A DNA stretch of 63,620 nt, filler included, from Octopus bimaculoides (taxonomy: Eukaryota), in NCBI RefSeq assembly GCF_001194135.2. It is 7 parts of 7 records of this genome, joined end to end, with 100 filler letters (N's around TTAATTAATTAA, not from the genome) between each part and the next. Parts side by side here need not be neighbours in the genome. Positions count along the whole stretch, not along the records: positions 1 to 23,266 come from NC_069005.1; positions 23,367 to 35,190 come from NC_068984.1; 5 more parts are not named here. One strand, written 5' to 3'. The notes beneath the pieces were generated by a model. It was not told where the DNA came from. It saw only the letters and a list, made by a program, of their open reading frames with translations, and made no database searches. A program made the translations under genes and the position numbers. Of this stretch, positions 13,244-26,489 are shown piece by piece (within the stretch, counting starts at the first letter, position 1; each line of letters begins with the position of its first letter).

Positions 13244-14649
13244 GTAACGGTAACAATAAAAACAACATCAATGATAAAAGCAACGAAGGAACTGAGAAAT
13301 AAAACGGTGCAACGGCTTGGAACAACTCTTCTAATCTTTCTTTCGCTGGAGCAGCCAAGTCATCTCTACTGAGAATACAATTAAAAGATAATTTAAAAAT
13401 ACCTGACAGCTAGTCGAGAGAGATGGAATAGCTGTAAAGCTAAATACCTCTACCGTGGGAAAAAAAAGTATTTGTTACCTTTGATGATCATGTCTTGGTG
13501 TTGCTGAAGGAGACAAGTTTCTGAATCAACAAGAAAAAGAGATTTAAAATCTGTTTAATGTCTCTTTCACTACACAGAAAAGAATTGTCTGTGGGCTGGT
13601 CAGATCTCCGTCAATACTCGTTGCAATGATTACTAGAAGCTACCGATTCAACAATATACTTTCCTATATGAATCATACCGCCTTTCCCTTCCCCTCAACA
13701 CTATGTATGCAAACCTCATTCACAAGTAACTCAAGCAACCCATGCCACAAAAACCTGAACTAATTCCATATTCAAAGACTTCAAATTCATCTCCGAATGG
13801 GGCCATACCAACTTTGCTCCTTCTATAATTTTGCATTAGCCGGTTCTCTTATTGTGCGCACTGATCGTATCATGATGCTTTATTTCTTGGTATCTGGAGG
13901 GAATCCTTAAAATCGCAACAAATGCCAGGCCACTGATTATCATTCCTGGCAATCTGACTTTCTCTACGTTGTAAATACTGCTTCAAACTAACCTTAATCT
14001 TCAGGGCCAGAAAATTATTTATGCTCGCAGCAGCTACTTATATTCTGAAAATTTCGAGTAATAGCCACAATGGATGACAGCTACCACGTTTTGGACAGTG
14101 CTGTTACTAAACACAGTAGAATTTAAGACTCCATCAAAAAACAAACAAATGAAAGACTACCCAGCCCTTATGAATTAATTCACTCACCATCCTCTGACCC
14201 ACGAATTAGTTGTCTTCTTAATCTGTCTTTTCTACTTCTGCTAGAGTGGTCTCTATTTTTCGTAACCATCCTACCGATCCATCCTGACTAAATTTTTTTT
14301 AAACAAACGAATAAGGTATCATTACAGAATGATTAAGAATTACGGATCTCCGTCTTATCTAGCTACACAGAATCTGTGTTGGTAGTCACTGAGGCGAAAA
14401 AGCGTAGTAAAAGAGATGGTTGTTTACGACTGATCGACATCAGCTTTGAGACGGACCACTAACATTTTTTGCTTTCGTTTTTGTTGTCTTAGAGAGAAAG
14501 AGAATGCTTGGAGTGATTGCTGGGAAAAAGCAAGCTGCGATCCGAGCATTGATTGATGGCGGCGTCGTTAGTAATAGATGCCTTTTTGGTTTCCAAACCC
14601 AAGAAGGTAACTGGCAGATCAGAGGATTTTTCTTGGAAATGGTCCACAA

Positions 14650-14821
<172 letters not shown>

Positions 14822-14822
<1 letters not shown>

Positions 14823-15000
14823 TGGCAGAAAAATCCTAAGCGGCATTTCGTCCGTTTTACGTTCTGAGTTCAAATTCCATCATGGTCGGCTTTGTCTTTC
14901 ATCCTTTCGGGGTCAATAAAATAAGTATGAGTTGAGCATTGGAGTCGATGTAATCGACTTTCCCCTTCCCTATAAATTATTAGCCGTGTGCTAAAATTTG
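14822..15000 (+). mobile_element. SINE family C between two compound trinucleotide microsatellites
   Basis: Matches the 6077 copy. Confidence 0.78.
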
Positions 15001-15003
15001 TAG

Positions 15004-15142
<139 letters not shown>

Positions 15143-15667
15143 AGTAATGTTTTTCATGTTTATGGTGCTGTTTATTTTTGTCCAGTTTTCTTTTTTTTGA
15201 TTTCTTTTGTTTTGTCTCCCAACCCTCTCGGCTGTTTTTCTTTTAGTCATTCATACAAACAAAAGTTTGACCACATTTCCTTGTTCCTGATGTTGTTGTT
15301 ATTGTTCTTGATATCGCGCTGTTATTACTGCTGTTATTATTGTTCATGTTATTCATGTTTCTTCTGGTTTCGTTGTGTTTTATGTTAGTTCAGCTCATTT
15401 TTTTTTCCATGTTGTTTCGTCAATTCCGTTCCTTTATAAGCTACAATCAAACAACCATAGAACTAATTCGTAGAACTGCGTTCTCTTTGGCAACTTTAGA
15501 AAACAAAAGCAACAACAACAACAACAATAACCACAACAACAAAACCCTCGAAATCAAAACCAAAAGCTGTTGCAATTTATTCAAGAAAAATACACCACAA
15601 AGCAAAACACTGCGCAAATATATAAAATAGATACATACACATTAAAACAAAGGAGAATGTATGTATG

Positions 15668-15737
<70 letters not shown>

Positions 15738-16022
15738 CTTACATAAATACAAGACTACATAAATACACACACACACAGATATGTGTATAATTATATATAT
15801 ATATATACATATATGCATGTATGCATGTAGGTATGTAGGTATACAGGTGTATATGGTTGTATATTGTAGGTAGCTATAGGTGTATATACGACATATACGC
15901 ACACTTAATCACATTCTGAAGACATGCTGTATCAGAGAGGAAATGGTTGTAAAGAGAATGTTTGTTGATCAATATAGCGAAACCCTTTAAGATGCCAACT
16001 ATAATCTTTCAGTTGTTGAAAT

Positions 16023-16097
<75 letters not shown>

Positions 16098-16271
16098 GTG
16101 TGTGTGTGTGTGTCAGTGTGTGTATGTGTGTGTGTGTGTGAATGTGTATGCGCGTAATGTGTGTGTCTGCGTAATAGTATCGGTATGTTCTAAGTATATA
16201 TATATATATATATGAATGTATGTATATATATACACACATGTGTATGTGCATATGTGAGCATGTATGTATAT

Positions 16272-16302
<31 letters not shown>

Positions 16303-16941
16303 TATTTATATATATATACATGTATGTATATGTATATATACGGCAATCATAAACAGATCGATAAATGTCGCTGATATACGATTGTTTATAAGTGAATGAA
16401 TATCAGTGAACAGAAAAGAAGAAAATGTAAAATTAAGCTAAGAAAAAAGTCTAAGGAAGAATAAAAGGGACAAAAAGTAGTATTTTTGTTCTGTGAATTA
16501 GCTGAATTAACAGTCTCCCTTTCTTTTATTAATGTGGTCTTTGCTTTCGGCTTAAAACCAATCATAGAAGCTTTCCTTTTGAGTAGAAATAAATAAGAAA
16601 AGACAGAAAGACAGGAGAAGAGGACCAGATATAAGAGGTGGTTGTGACTTGGTAATAATAAGTTTGTACAAGTGAGCGTTAGTATAAACGTATTTTGACG
16701 AAGATGTTCTAATTTTACAGTGTGTTTATGATTTAAGGCAAGTGGAGAAAAAATGGCGGTGATGTTGATAGGGGAAAAATATAGAGTAGAATGAATAATA
16801 GACTATAAAAGACTTTGTGTAAATATGTAAGCATTCGTGAACGTGTAAATATATTTATGCTTATGTCTATCTATCTATTTATCTATCTATCTATCTAGGT
16901 ATGTATATGTATGTATATGTATGTATATATACATGTATATG

Positions 16942-17002
<61 letters not shown>

Positions 17003-17348
17003 GCATGTGTCAGCCTTCCAGCTTATCAGCCCTGGTCAAACAGTCCTACCCATGCCAGCATGGACAACAAATGATGATGATGATGATGATAATGATGTAT
17101 TTATATAGAGAATATGAATATTTTTTTGAAATACTTTTGTTTCAAGATTTCGCATGGTACTTCACTTGCTCTCTCACTCTATCACTATCAGTCTTTCTAG
17201 ATTGACAGCTTGTTTCTTTGGTGAAAGTGATGTAGACAACCCTGAAGAGAACGTAATAAGGTTCGAAAATCGATTATTGGTGTCCATCAGTTTTTCAATC
17301 TACGGAGAGATAGTTAAATTAGCCCTGTTTATATATTTATCACATATG

Positions 17349-17384
<36 letters not shown>

Positions 17385-17600
17385 ATTCCTTTGTTTCTTT
17401 GTCATTTAACTGCGGCCATGCTGGAGGACCAACTTAAAGGGTTTTAGTCGTCGAGCAAATCGACACCAGGATTTATTCTTTTTAAGTCTATTACTTATTC
17501 TATCGGTCTCTTTTGCCTAACCGCTAGGTTATGGAGGCATAACACGCCAGCACCGGTTGTCAAGCGATCGTGGGGAGATAAATACAGATAAAAACACAGA
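17385..17600 (-). mobile_element. SINE family B, 3' half
   Basis: Reverse complement of the B tail. Confidence 0.75.
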
Positions 17601-17605
17601 AATAT

Positions 17606-17768
17606 ACAGGAGCGGCTGTGTGGCTACGTAGCCTTCTTACCACCCACAGGGTTCCGGGTACAGTCCCACTTCGTGGCACCTTGGGCAAGTATCTTCTACT
17701 ATAGCCTCGGGCCGACCAAAGCCTTGTGAGTGAATATGGTAGACGGAAACTTAAAGAAGCCCGTCGTA

Positions 17769-17857
<89 letters not shown>

Positions 17858-18075
17858 ATGTGCCTGTGTTCCCCCTACCCCAACATCACTTGACAACTGA
17901 TGCTGGTGTGTTTACATCTCCGTAACTTAGCGGTTCGGCAAAAGACCCCGATAGAATAAGTACTAGGCTTGCAAAGAATAAGTCCTGGGGTCGATTTGCT
18001 CGACTAAAGGCAGTGCTTCAGCATGGCCACACTCAAATGACTGAAACAAGTAAAACGGTAAATAGAGAGTAAAGA
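17606..18075 (+). mobile_element. SINE family B, full length
   Basis: Complete head, internal (TA)n(TG)n and tail. Confidence 0.88.
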
Positions 18076-19548
18076 GTATCAAATATAGTAATTATTCGTT
18101 AGAAGAATATCATCACAATTTATTAGTTATGCTTTAGTTTTACTTTTAAATGGAGATTTTGATTTTTGTATTATAATAACACGTGCTTACGCATGTGTAT
18201 CCGTTTGTATGCACAATATGTGTGTAAACGCGCTAACAATAACATTCAATTTCTTTTGACATTTCCATGCAATCATGTGGTTTTTGTGTAAACGAGTCGT
18301 TAAAGCAACTAAATTAAATCTATGTTATGTGTTTCTCTCTATAGGCAATTACTCTGAAAAGGTGTGAAGAGTTTTTTTTAAATAGGAAGCCTCGGCAACG
18401 CTCTTGTGATATTTAAAACGTTAAATAGATTTCGATTGTGAGAAGAAAAAACAAAACAAGAAGAGAACGAAATTAACAACATGGGGTTTATCATTTAACG
18501 ATAAAGATGGTGAAATAATGTTTTCTGAAGATGTATTTTCGTGAAAACAGACAAGAAATCAGTTTGCTACATTTGTTTAATATTGTAGTTTTGGGTATTT
18601 CAAAAATTTAGAATTTCTCGAGAATACATAAACAATAGGCGCTGGCGTGGTTGTGTGGTAAGAAGTTTGCTTCCCAACCACATGATTTCGGTTTCAGTCC
18701 CCACTGTGTGGCACCTTTGACAAGTGTCTTCCTTGTGAGTGGATTTGGTTGATGTACATATATACAATTAATATAGGCAGCGGTGTGCAAAGTTGTTGAA
18801 AAAAAAAAAAAAGAAAGCTATAATTGTGATCAAATATGACTAAGGGTGTAAGAAACACCTATATTGCTAGAAATACGAGCTAAAATGCTCTAATGCTGCA
18901 GTTACAGCATATAATTGTATACATACATATCAAGAGGGACTGTAATCGCCCGGAAGCAACGGTCAAGATATCTCCATTCTGATCGGTGTTTCGGCATTTT
19001 GCCGTAGCCTCTTCAGTAGGGTCGACTCGACTCAGTATGAGGATATCTCGATATTCCAGGTGATTACGGGCCTTGTTAGTATGAATGTGTGTGTATATGT
19101 ATATATATATATATATCTGCGTGTGCGTGTGTGTGTGTGTGTGTGCGTGTGTGTTTTTAACCCCTCCTGTCTCTGCTTGACAAGCAGCGCTGGTGTCTTT
19201 TTACATCACTATAATGTAGTACGTGGGCAAAAATGAAACGTAGAGTAAGTATGATGATTAAAAATTAAAAAAATAAATAAGTACTGGGGTCGATTGGCTT
19301 GACTAGAATTCTTCAAGGTGGTGCCCTAGCATGGTCGCAGTCTAATGATTGAAACAAGTAAGAGACAAGATAATATTGCACATAATATTGTATAGCAATC
19401 GATATCTTATGCGTCTATCTATTTATGAGTACATCTCTATCTATCAATGTTGTATGCATGCATTTATAAATGTATGGATGCAGAGACAGTTCAAAATATT
19501 TAATAATAACATTTCTAAACTTATTCCCCACCGCCACATATATATGTG

Positions 19549-19611
<63 letters not shown>

Positions 19612-20009
19612 CACACAAACACACACGCGCACATATATATATGTAACACATATAAATTGAACAGATAAGAGAAGTATTGCGAGGAAGTAGATGTTTATCA
19701 CATAAGTTTATAGCTGTTTAATAATCTTATTAGTTATATAAGAGACGAATCTTGTTAGTTATGTAATAGATGTTACATAATATAATCATACATATACAAT
19801 ATACATATACAAACCTATATAAATAAATATACGCGTCTGTATAGCCATATGTAGAATAGTTCAGATATGGGAACCAACAGACTATTCTTCAGAACGATGT
19901 GTGATTAATAACATAAACTCTAGTACAGAGACTAAACTGACCCTATCTATCTGTCTATGTATCTATCTATCTATCTATCTATCTATTTATCTATCTATCT
20001 ATATCTATA

Positions 20010-20060
<51 letters not shown>

Positions 20061-20209
20061 GTACAGTGAATTAAAAATAAACGAACATGTAAAGAAAAAA
20101 ATGCCAAATAATAAGAAAAATATAAAAGTAAATAATAAAATAATTTTGTCAAAAAAGTTGACGCCGAAGTAAGATATGTATAGGAAGAGCTAATTTCCAA
20201 AGAGAGACA

Positions 20210-21640
20210 GGTTTACCAGTCCAGTATTAATTTTGGTGACTGACAAAACTTTGATAAACTTTGATATGTTTCAACCAAAGTTTGGTCCATGCCATGTCTA
20301 ATTTAATAGAACCACTTGATAGGATTATCTAAATCCTTTTAAAGTCAAGTTTTGCGGTATCAAGGTCCATTCGTGTAGGGAGTTCTTGCTGAGTGTGTTG
20401 TATCCAGGTATAGGTGGATTAGCTGGTATTCGTTGAAGAAATTTGTCTAGACTCCGTTTAAAGGTGATGGGATCCTTTTTCTCATTGAGCAGTTTCGGGA
20501 CAATGCTAAATAGGGCAGGGCCTGTTGAGGAAAAGAAATTGTATTGCAGTGTATTTATGTGCTGTGATCCTGAATTGGGTAGGGGACGTAGGGCCCGTGG
20601 TCCCACCCTTGATGAATTTTGAAGCTAATGTTGAGGTCGTTAAGGCAATGCCGGTGGTATATTCTCCACATCATGATACATCATTTGATGGATCACTCAC
20701 GACGGCGCTGGAGAGAATAGAGTTTCAATGCTTTAAGGGGGTCCCAGTTATCGAGATCAGTCATGCCTTTAATGCTTTTAGTGAATGACCTCTGGGCTGA
20801 TTCCATTTTCGAGATGTTTTGTCTTGTATGGGGAGACCACAGGGGACAGCATATATTCGAGGTGTGGCCGTACGAAGGTGGAGAAAAGTGGAATGATGAC
20901 ACCTTGTTCTCTGGACCGGACGGTTCTTAGGATCCAGGAGCTCATACTACGCGCTATATCGACCTTAATGTTAATATGGGGACTCCAGCCTAGATTGTTA
21001 TCAGCAATTAGTCCTAGGTCTCTGATACTCTTAGATGCTGTGATAGGTTCCCTTGAAGGAAGAAAGTATGGCTACTTCAGCATAGTTGTTTCCCAAAATT
21101 CATGAGCTCAAATTTTCCCTCGTTTAGTTGCATTTTGTTTTTGTTTGGCCACTGACACACAGCATGTAGATCAGACTGGACTTGAGTTTGGTTTTCTTCA
21201 TTGATAATCCTCTGGAGCTTAGGGCCATCGGCAATTATTTACACTTTGTTGTGTTTTATGACGCTGGAAAGGTCGTTTATATCAACTATAAACAAAAGCA
21301 GATTCAAGACAGTCCCCTGAGGTACACCATTGGTGACGTTTTCGGAGCTTGAGTAGATTCCATCGATCACAACATATTGTATTCTGTTCACCAGGAAACA
21401 CTCAATCCAGTGTAGACGTTTTCCACGGATTCCGACATTTGTCTATTTTGACAGTAGAATGTTATGAACAACTCTGTCGAACGCTTTACTGAAGTCAAGA
21501 TATATGACATCAGATTTCGAACCTGACCCCCAAGGCTTTAAGTATATCATCGATGACCACATGACTGTGTTTGACAGTCCCTGCCGCAGCGAAAGCCATG
21601 CTGGTTTAATTTTAGTAGTTTGTGGCTCTCCAGGAAACCA
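20210..21640 (-). mobile_element. CR1/L2-like LINE 3' half (RT and C-terminal region), decayed
   Basis: Minus-strand motifs LDFSKAFDRV, GVPQGTV, RPHLEY..PLWSP, ESAQRSFTK..LKLYSLQRRRE and FKRSLDKFL, with short tandem repeats at the 3' end. Confidence 0.85.
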
Positions 21641-21983
21641 GCTTTAGAATGCATAGTATATGATAGAGTGCATAAGTAAACAAACAAACAAACAAACAAA
21701 TAAATGAATGAATAAATAAATAAATAAATAATGAAAAAGCTTGTGGTCAGAATAATGAGAGTGATATAGACAGCGAACAATATATGGTTTGAAAGAAATA
21801 TCAGAAATCAAAAAGGATGTATGACTTGTTGGAATTTCACTCCCACATGGTTTTAAGGGATACCAGCGTGTTTTCAAGGACATATATGTGATATCAACTA
21901 CACACACGTTATGGATAATCACAAATACACCAACACTCAGTTTCATACTTTCATATGTGTGTATTAACAAGTAACATCCTCGT

Positions 21984-22042
<59 letters not shown>

Positions 22043-23231
22043 GGTACCCCCCAGTTCATACATGTATACAACTGCACAAATACACGCAATATCGTACAAA
22101 GCACTAATGGTATAAATCGTGGAAGATTAATAATTAGTTAATTAACCATAAGGGATTTTAATCATACCAGTTGACACGAATCCTCTAACTCATGACACAA
22201 GAAATATGTAATATATATATGTNNNNNNNNNNNNNNNNNNNNNNNNNNNNNNNNNNNNNNNNNNNNNNNNNNNNNNNNNNNNNNNNNNNNNNNNNNNNNN
22301 NNNNNNNNNNNNNNNNNNNNNNNNNNNNNNNNNNNNNNNNNNNNNNNNNNNNNNNNNNNNNNNNNNNNNNNNNNNNNNNNNNNNNNNNNNNNNNNNNNNN
22401 NNNNNNNNNNNNNNNNNNNNNNNNNNNNNNNNNNNNNNNNNNNNNNNNNNNNNNNNNNNNNNNNNNNTAAAAATAAATACAAAAAAGGTGGTTTTTTTGT
22501 ATGATTGTGTATAGAGGAATATATTATTTTGTTTAAAAGAGTTCCAACACTGTCTGTTTCTTATGTTTTATTTATATTCCTGCAGAACTAATGTGGGGTA
22601 TAGAATATGGAATATACAATATATAATATATATACTTACATATGTATATATGCAAGTATATATGTGAACATTTATATATACATACATACACACACAGACA
22701 CTCACTCCCACGCCCCCACAGAAACACACATATATACACATATGAAATTATAGATACATGTGTACATGCATACATATATTTATGAATATGAATTATATAT
22801 CAACGTACATAAATGTGTGTGCGCGCGCGTGTTTGCATGTGTGTGTGTATGCGTGTGACTCCTCCTCTGTTTATATACTCGTCTACGTGTGCACGTTAAT
22901 ATGTTATCTATTTAAGCCTATTAGTTGAATGCGGATATACCCAGATCTCTCTTCTCATTGCACTGTTTACTAAACGTCTTAAAGTTATCTACACATCTGT
23001 ATTATAGAATCTTTATTTTTGACATTTTCCTAGAAAAGATTCAAATCATGAACGTTCTTGCATATATTATCACCATACTGTTATTTAATAACTATAGTTA
23101 AACATTTTTTTAATGGAAATATCGCGCTTGCATAAAGAGACACGCTAAAATTTCTTAGAACTATATAATATACATATAAATACATACATACAGTATATAT
23201 ATATATATATATACATACATACATATATATA

Positions 23232-23266
<35 letters not shown>

Positions 23267-23366
23267 NNNNNNNNNNNNNNNNNNNNNNNNNNNNNNNNNN
23301 NNNNNNNNNNTTAATTAATTAANNNNNNNNNNNNNNNNNNNNNNNNNNNNNNNNNNNNNNNNNNNN

Positions 23367-23412
<46 letters not shown>

Positions 23413-24351
23413 TGGGTATGTGTGTGTGTGTGTGTGTGTATATATTTGTAAATACATATGGGTATGCTTATGTATGTGTATATGTATATATATATATATG
23501 AGTGAATGAATGTATGTGTATATATATATATATATATGTATACGGGTGAGTGTGTATATATGTGTGTACAAGAAATAAAGATGAAGAACCCAATTTCTAT
23601 TAAAACCCCAGGGGGAACTTCACCACGACTATTATTATTACTGCTGCTAGTTACTCGAGGGCTATAGCCACTCCTAAGAAAACAAGTCTTGACCACACTA
23701 TTCAATTTACAAAGANNNNNNNNNNNNNNNNNNNNNNNNNNNNNNNNNNNNNNNNNNNNNNNNNNNNNNNNNNNNNNNNNNNNNNNNNNNNNNNNNNNNN
23801 NNNNNNNNNNNNNNNNNNNNNNNNNNNNNNNNNNNNNNNNNNNNNNNNNNNNNNNNNNNNNNNNNNNNNNNNNNNNNNNNNNNNNNNNNNNNNNNNNNNN
23901 NNNNNNNNNNNNNNNNNNNNNNNNNNNNNNNNNNNNNNNNNNNNNNNNNNNNNNNNNNNNNNNNNNNNNNNNNNNNNNNNNNNNNNNNNNNNNNNNNNNN
24001 NNNNNNNNNNNNNNNNNNNNNNNNNNNNNNNNNNNNNNNNNNNNNNNNNNNNNNNNNNNNNNNNNNNNNNNNNNNNNNNNNNNNNNNNNNNNNNNNNNNN
24101 NNNNNNNNNNNNNNNNNNNNNNNNNNNNNNNNNNNNNNNNNNNNNNNNNNNNNNNNNNNNNNNNNNNNNNNNNNNNNNNNNNNNNNNNNNNNNNNNNNNN
24201 NNNNNNNNNNNNNNNNNNNNNNNNNNNNNNNNNNNNNNNNNNNNNNNNNNNNNNNNNNNNNNNNNNNNNNNNNNNNNNNNNNNNNNNNNNNNNNNNNNNN
24301 NNNNAAAAAAAAAAAAAAAAAAAACAAAGATATTTTGTTATTCAGTAGATA

Positions 24352-24357
24352 TTTAAT
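24352..24357 (-). promoter_or_regulatory. Candidate polyadenylation signal ATTAAA of the IF1 gene
   Basis: ATTAAA about 85 nt after the stop codon, followed by a T-rich stretch on the coding strand. Confidence 0.4.
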
Positions 24358-24440
24358 TGAACCAGGCAACAGAGGCAAACTTGGCAAAACATACCTATCA
24401 CTAAATATTCATATCTGCTAATTTTATAACAAACGTCTCT

Positions 24441-24497
24441 TTAGTCAGAATCAGATTTCATGCCTTTGATTTTCTTCTTATGCCGTTTAATTGCTTC
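24441..24497 (-). CDS. ATP5IF1: IF1 coding exon 6 (EAIKRHKKKIKGMKSDSD-stop)
   Basis: Acceptor TTTTTTTGTGTATTTTATTGCAG and TAA at 24443-24441. Matches the IF1 C-terminal coiled coil IERHKQKIK. The six exons total 309 nt = 102 aa plus stop. Confidence 0.94.
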   Translation of the reverse strand, partial: EAIKRHKKKIKGMKSDSD

Positions 24498-26337
24498 CTG
24501 CAATAAAATACACAAAAAAATGAATTAGAAAATTTAAAGAGAATTGTTTTGCATCTTTTCTTTCCTCTGTAACCATTACTCTAAAACTATTTTTTTGTTT
24601 CCCCTTTTCCTTTTACATTCTTATCCAACTCAATTAGCACTCAAAAGTAATGTCCAGCAAGTAGTTGTAAGCAAATACAGTACCAAAGGATGGTATAGTT
24701 TACTGCGCTGTAAAATTCACAAGTGATTTCTTATCAGCAAAGGATTAGCATCATATTTAGAGAAGATTGGTCTGGCATTCATATAAGATGTCAGCAGCCC
24801 AGTGAATTGTGCAAGTACATGGCCATATGTACAGATCAATTTTGCATTTTTAGACACCTCAAAATTGTTTTGAGAAAAATAGCTGGGTTATTACTGGTTC
24901 TGAAAGCCTAGTCAAAGGACAATTTGCAACTCATTTTCTGAATCATCTGAAACTGGAGTTGGGTGATGCACACTATGTTTTATTTTAACACCTATAGTAA
25001 GAAATCAAATCATGCAAAACAAAAACAAAATCTATGTTTTTGTTTCAATTCAGTGATTAAGAAAGCATGCTCTTCTGATCATGCCTTAACATTAATTTTA
25101 ATACTACATGAGAGTGTATACTTAACCTAAATTAAGAAGTAATAACCAAGAGAGAATATGCAAGACCAACAACTAAAACTATCATTTCAAACTAAGTCTT
25201 GTCCAGTTTCAGTGTAGTAATATAAACAGTTCAATTCCTAAATAAATTAAGTTACTTTAGTAAGAACTGTACAAACAGGAATATAGTATCTGAATCAACT
25301 CTTTTTTTACGTGTATATTTAGGGAATGAAACTAATATATACGCAGGCTGGCTTAACACTGTGCATTGTTCTGACTACATTACAATTAACTGAGACACAA
25401 CTAGATAGATATTACAATTGTTTGTTGTTAAACCTGTATGTTATCTTCCTCCAAAATATTTTAGAGCAAGGTTAAATTATTATATTGAGCTAATTAATTT
25501 ATATACTCTATAGTGTTGCATAATGTTCCTACAACATCTATTACTAGAGCTCCATTATCATGTGACTACCATCCTAATCCGACTGTAATAAGATATATTT
25601 CCTGAAGTAACCATCTAGCAAGTTCTGTCCATGAACCAATTTAAATTCTTGGTCATAGTTATTCTTTTGTGTTATGCCAAATACTCTTAAGATAAATATC
25701 ACTTGTAACTCTTTCGCCTCAGAAACAAAACAGCAAAGAGAATGCAAGTGAGAGAAGCAGATATGGTGGTACATTTTTACAAACATGTATGTATTCCTTC
25801 ATTTGGTCATTAAAACATACGTTTTGCAACAGTAGCAGTATCTTTGAAAGTGCATTTTGCAAAAAAAAAAAAAATATTACCTCAACACTTATGATTTGAC
25901 ATCTATTCTATAGTGTCATATATAGTTATATACAGAAAACAAAACATAACTATTTGGTAGAATTGTACTCCTGAAAATATTACCATAATGTGGAATTCTA
26001 TAATGAAAACACATTTAACATTGACTTCCATGTAACATGGATGACAATGAGAAATGCATTTCAAATTATATAATTTCATAATATGGCAAGACTGTAAGGA
26101 ACTCAAGGTTTCCATAATGCATGGTATAACTGCATATGTAGAGAAACCAAAATATGAAGATAGGCTCTCATCACTACGCAGAGTTTGACATCCATTATGC
26201 AAAGATATTTTAATGCAATCATTTTAAAAAGGGGAATTAAATAGAAATGATATTAATAACAAAATAATAATAGAAAAAAGTTTTAACTTTATTTGATAAA
26301 TGAAAAAGTATATTATTATCAGAAAGATTTTGTTTAC

Positions 26338-26418
26338 CTCATGTATCTTAATTTGGCTCTCATGAAAGTCAATGTCTTCATGTATTTGTTTCTTCAGCAT
26401 AGCAAGCTGCTGTTTTTC
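26338..26418 (-). CDS. ATP5IF1: IF1 coding exon 5 (EKQQLAMLKKQIHEDIDFHESQIKIHE)
   Basis: Acceptor TCTTTGTATTTGACAG, donor GAG|GTAAAC, 81 nt, phase 0-0. Colinear with the bovine QLAALKKHHENEISHH region. Confidence 0.94.
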
Positions 26419-26489
26419 CTGTCAAATACAAAGATTTTTTTTTTTAAACAGAAAGAGATGCTTAAACGGTGACATGTTGATGTATGTTG

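Noticed and set aside
23311-23322. TTAATTAATTAA recurring six times (23311, 35235, 39512, 55441, 58192, 62461)
   Set aside because: Where counted, it sits between two 44-N runs (100 bp total), and it has stops in all six frames. It is a scaffolding placeholder, not biology. Order and orientation across these gaps are uncertain.
24305-24324. Poly-A run next to a gap
   Set aside because: It is on the non-coding strand of IF1 and abuts Ns, so it is not evidence for a retrocopy.
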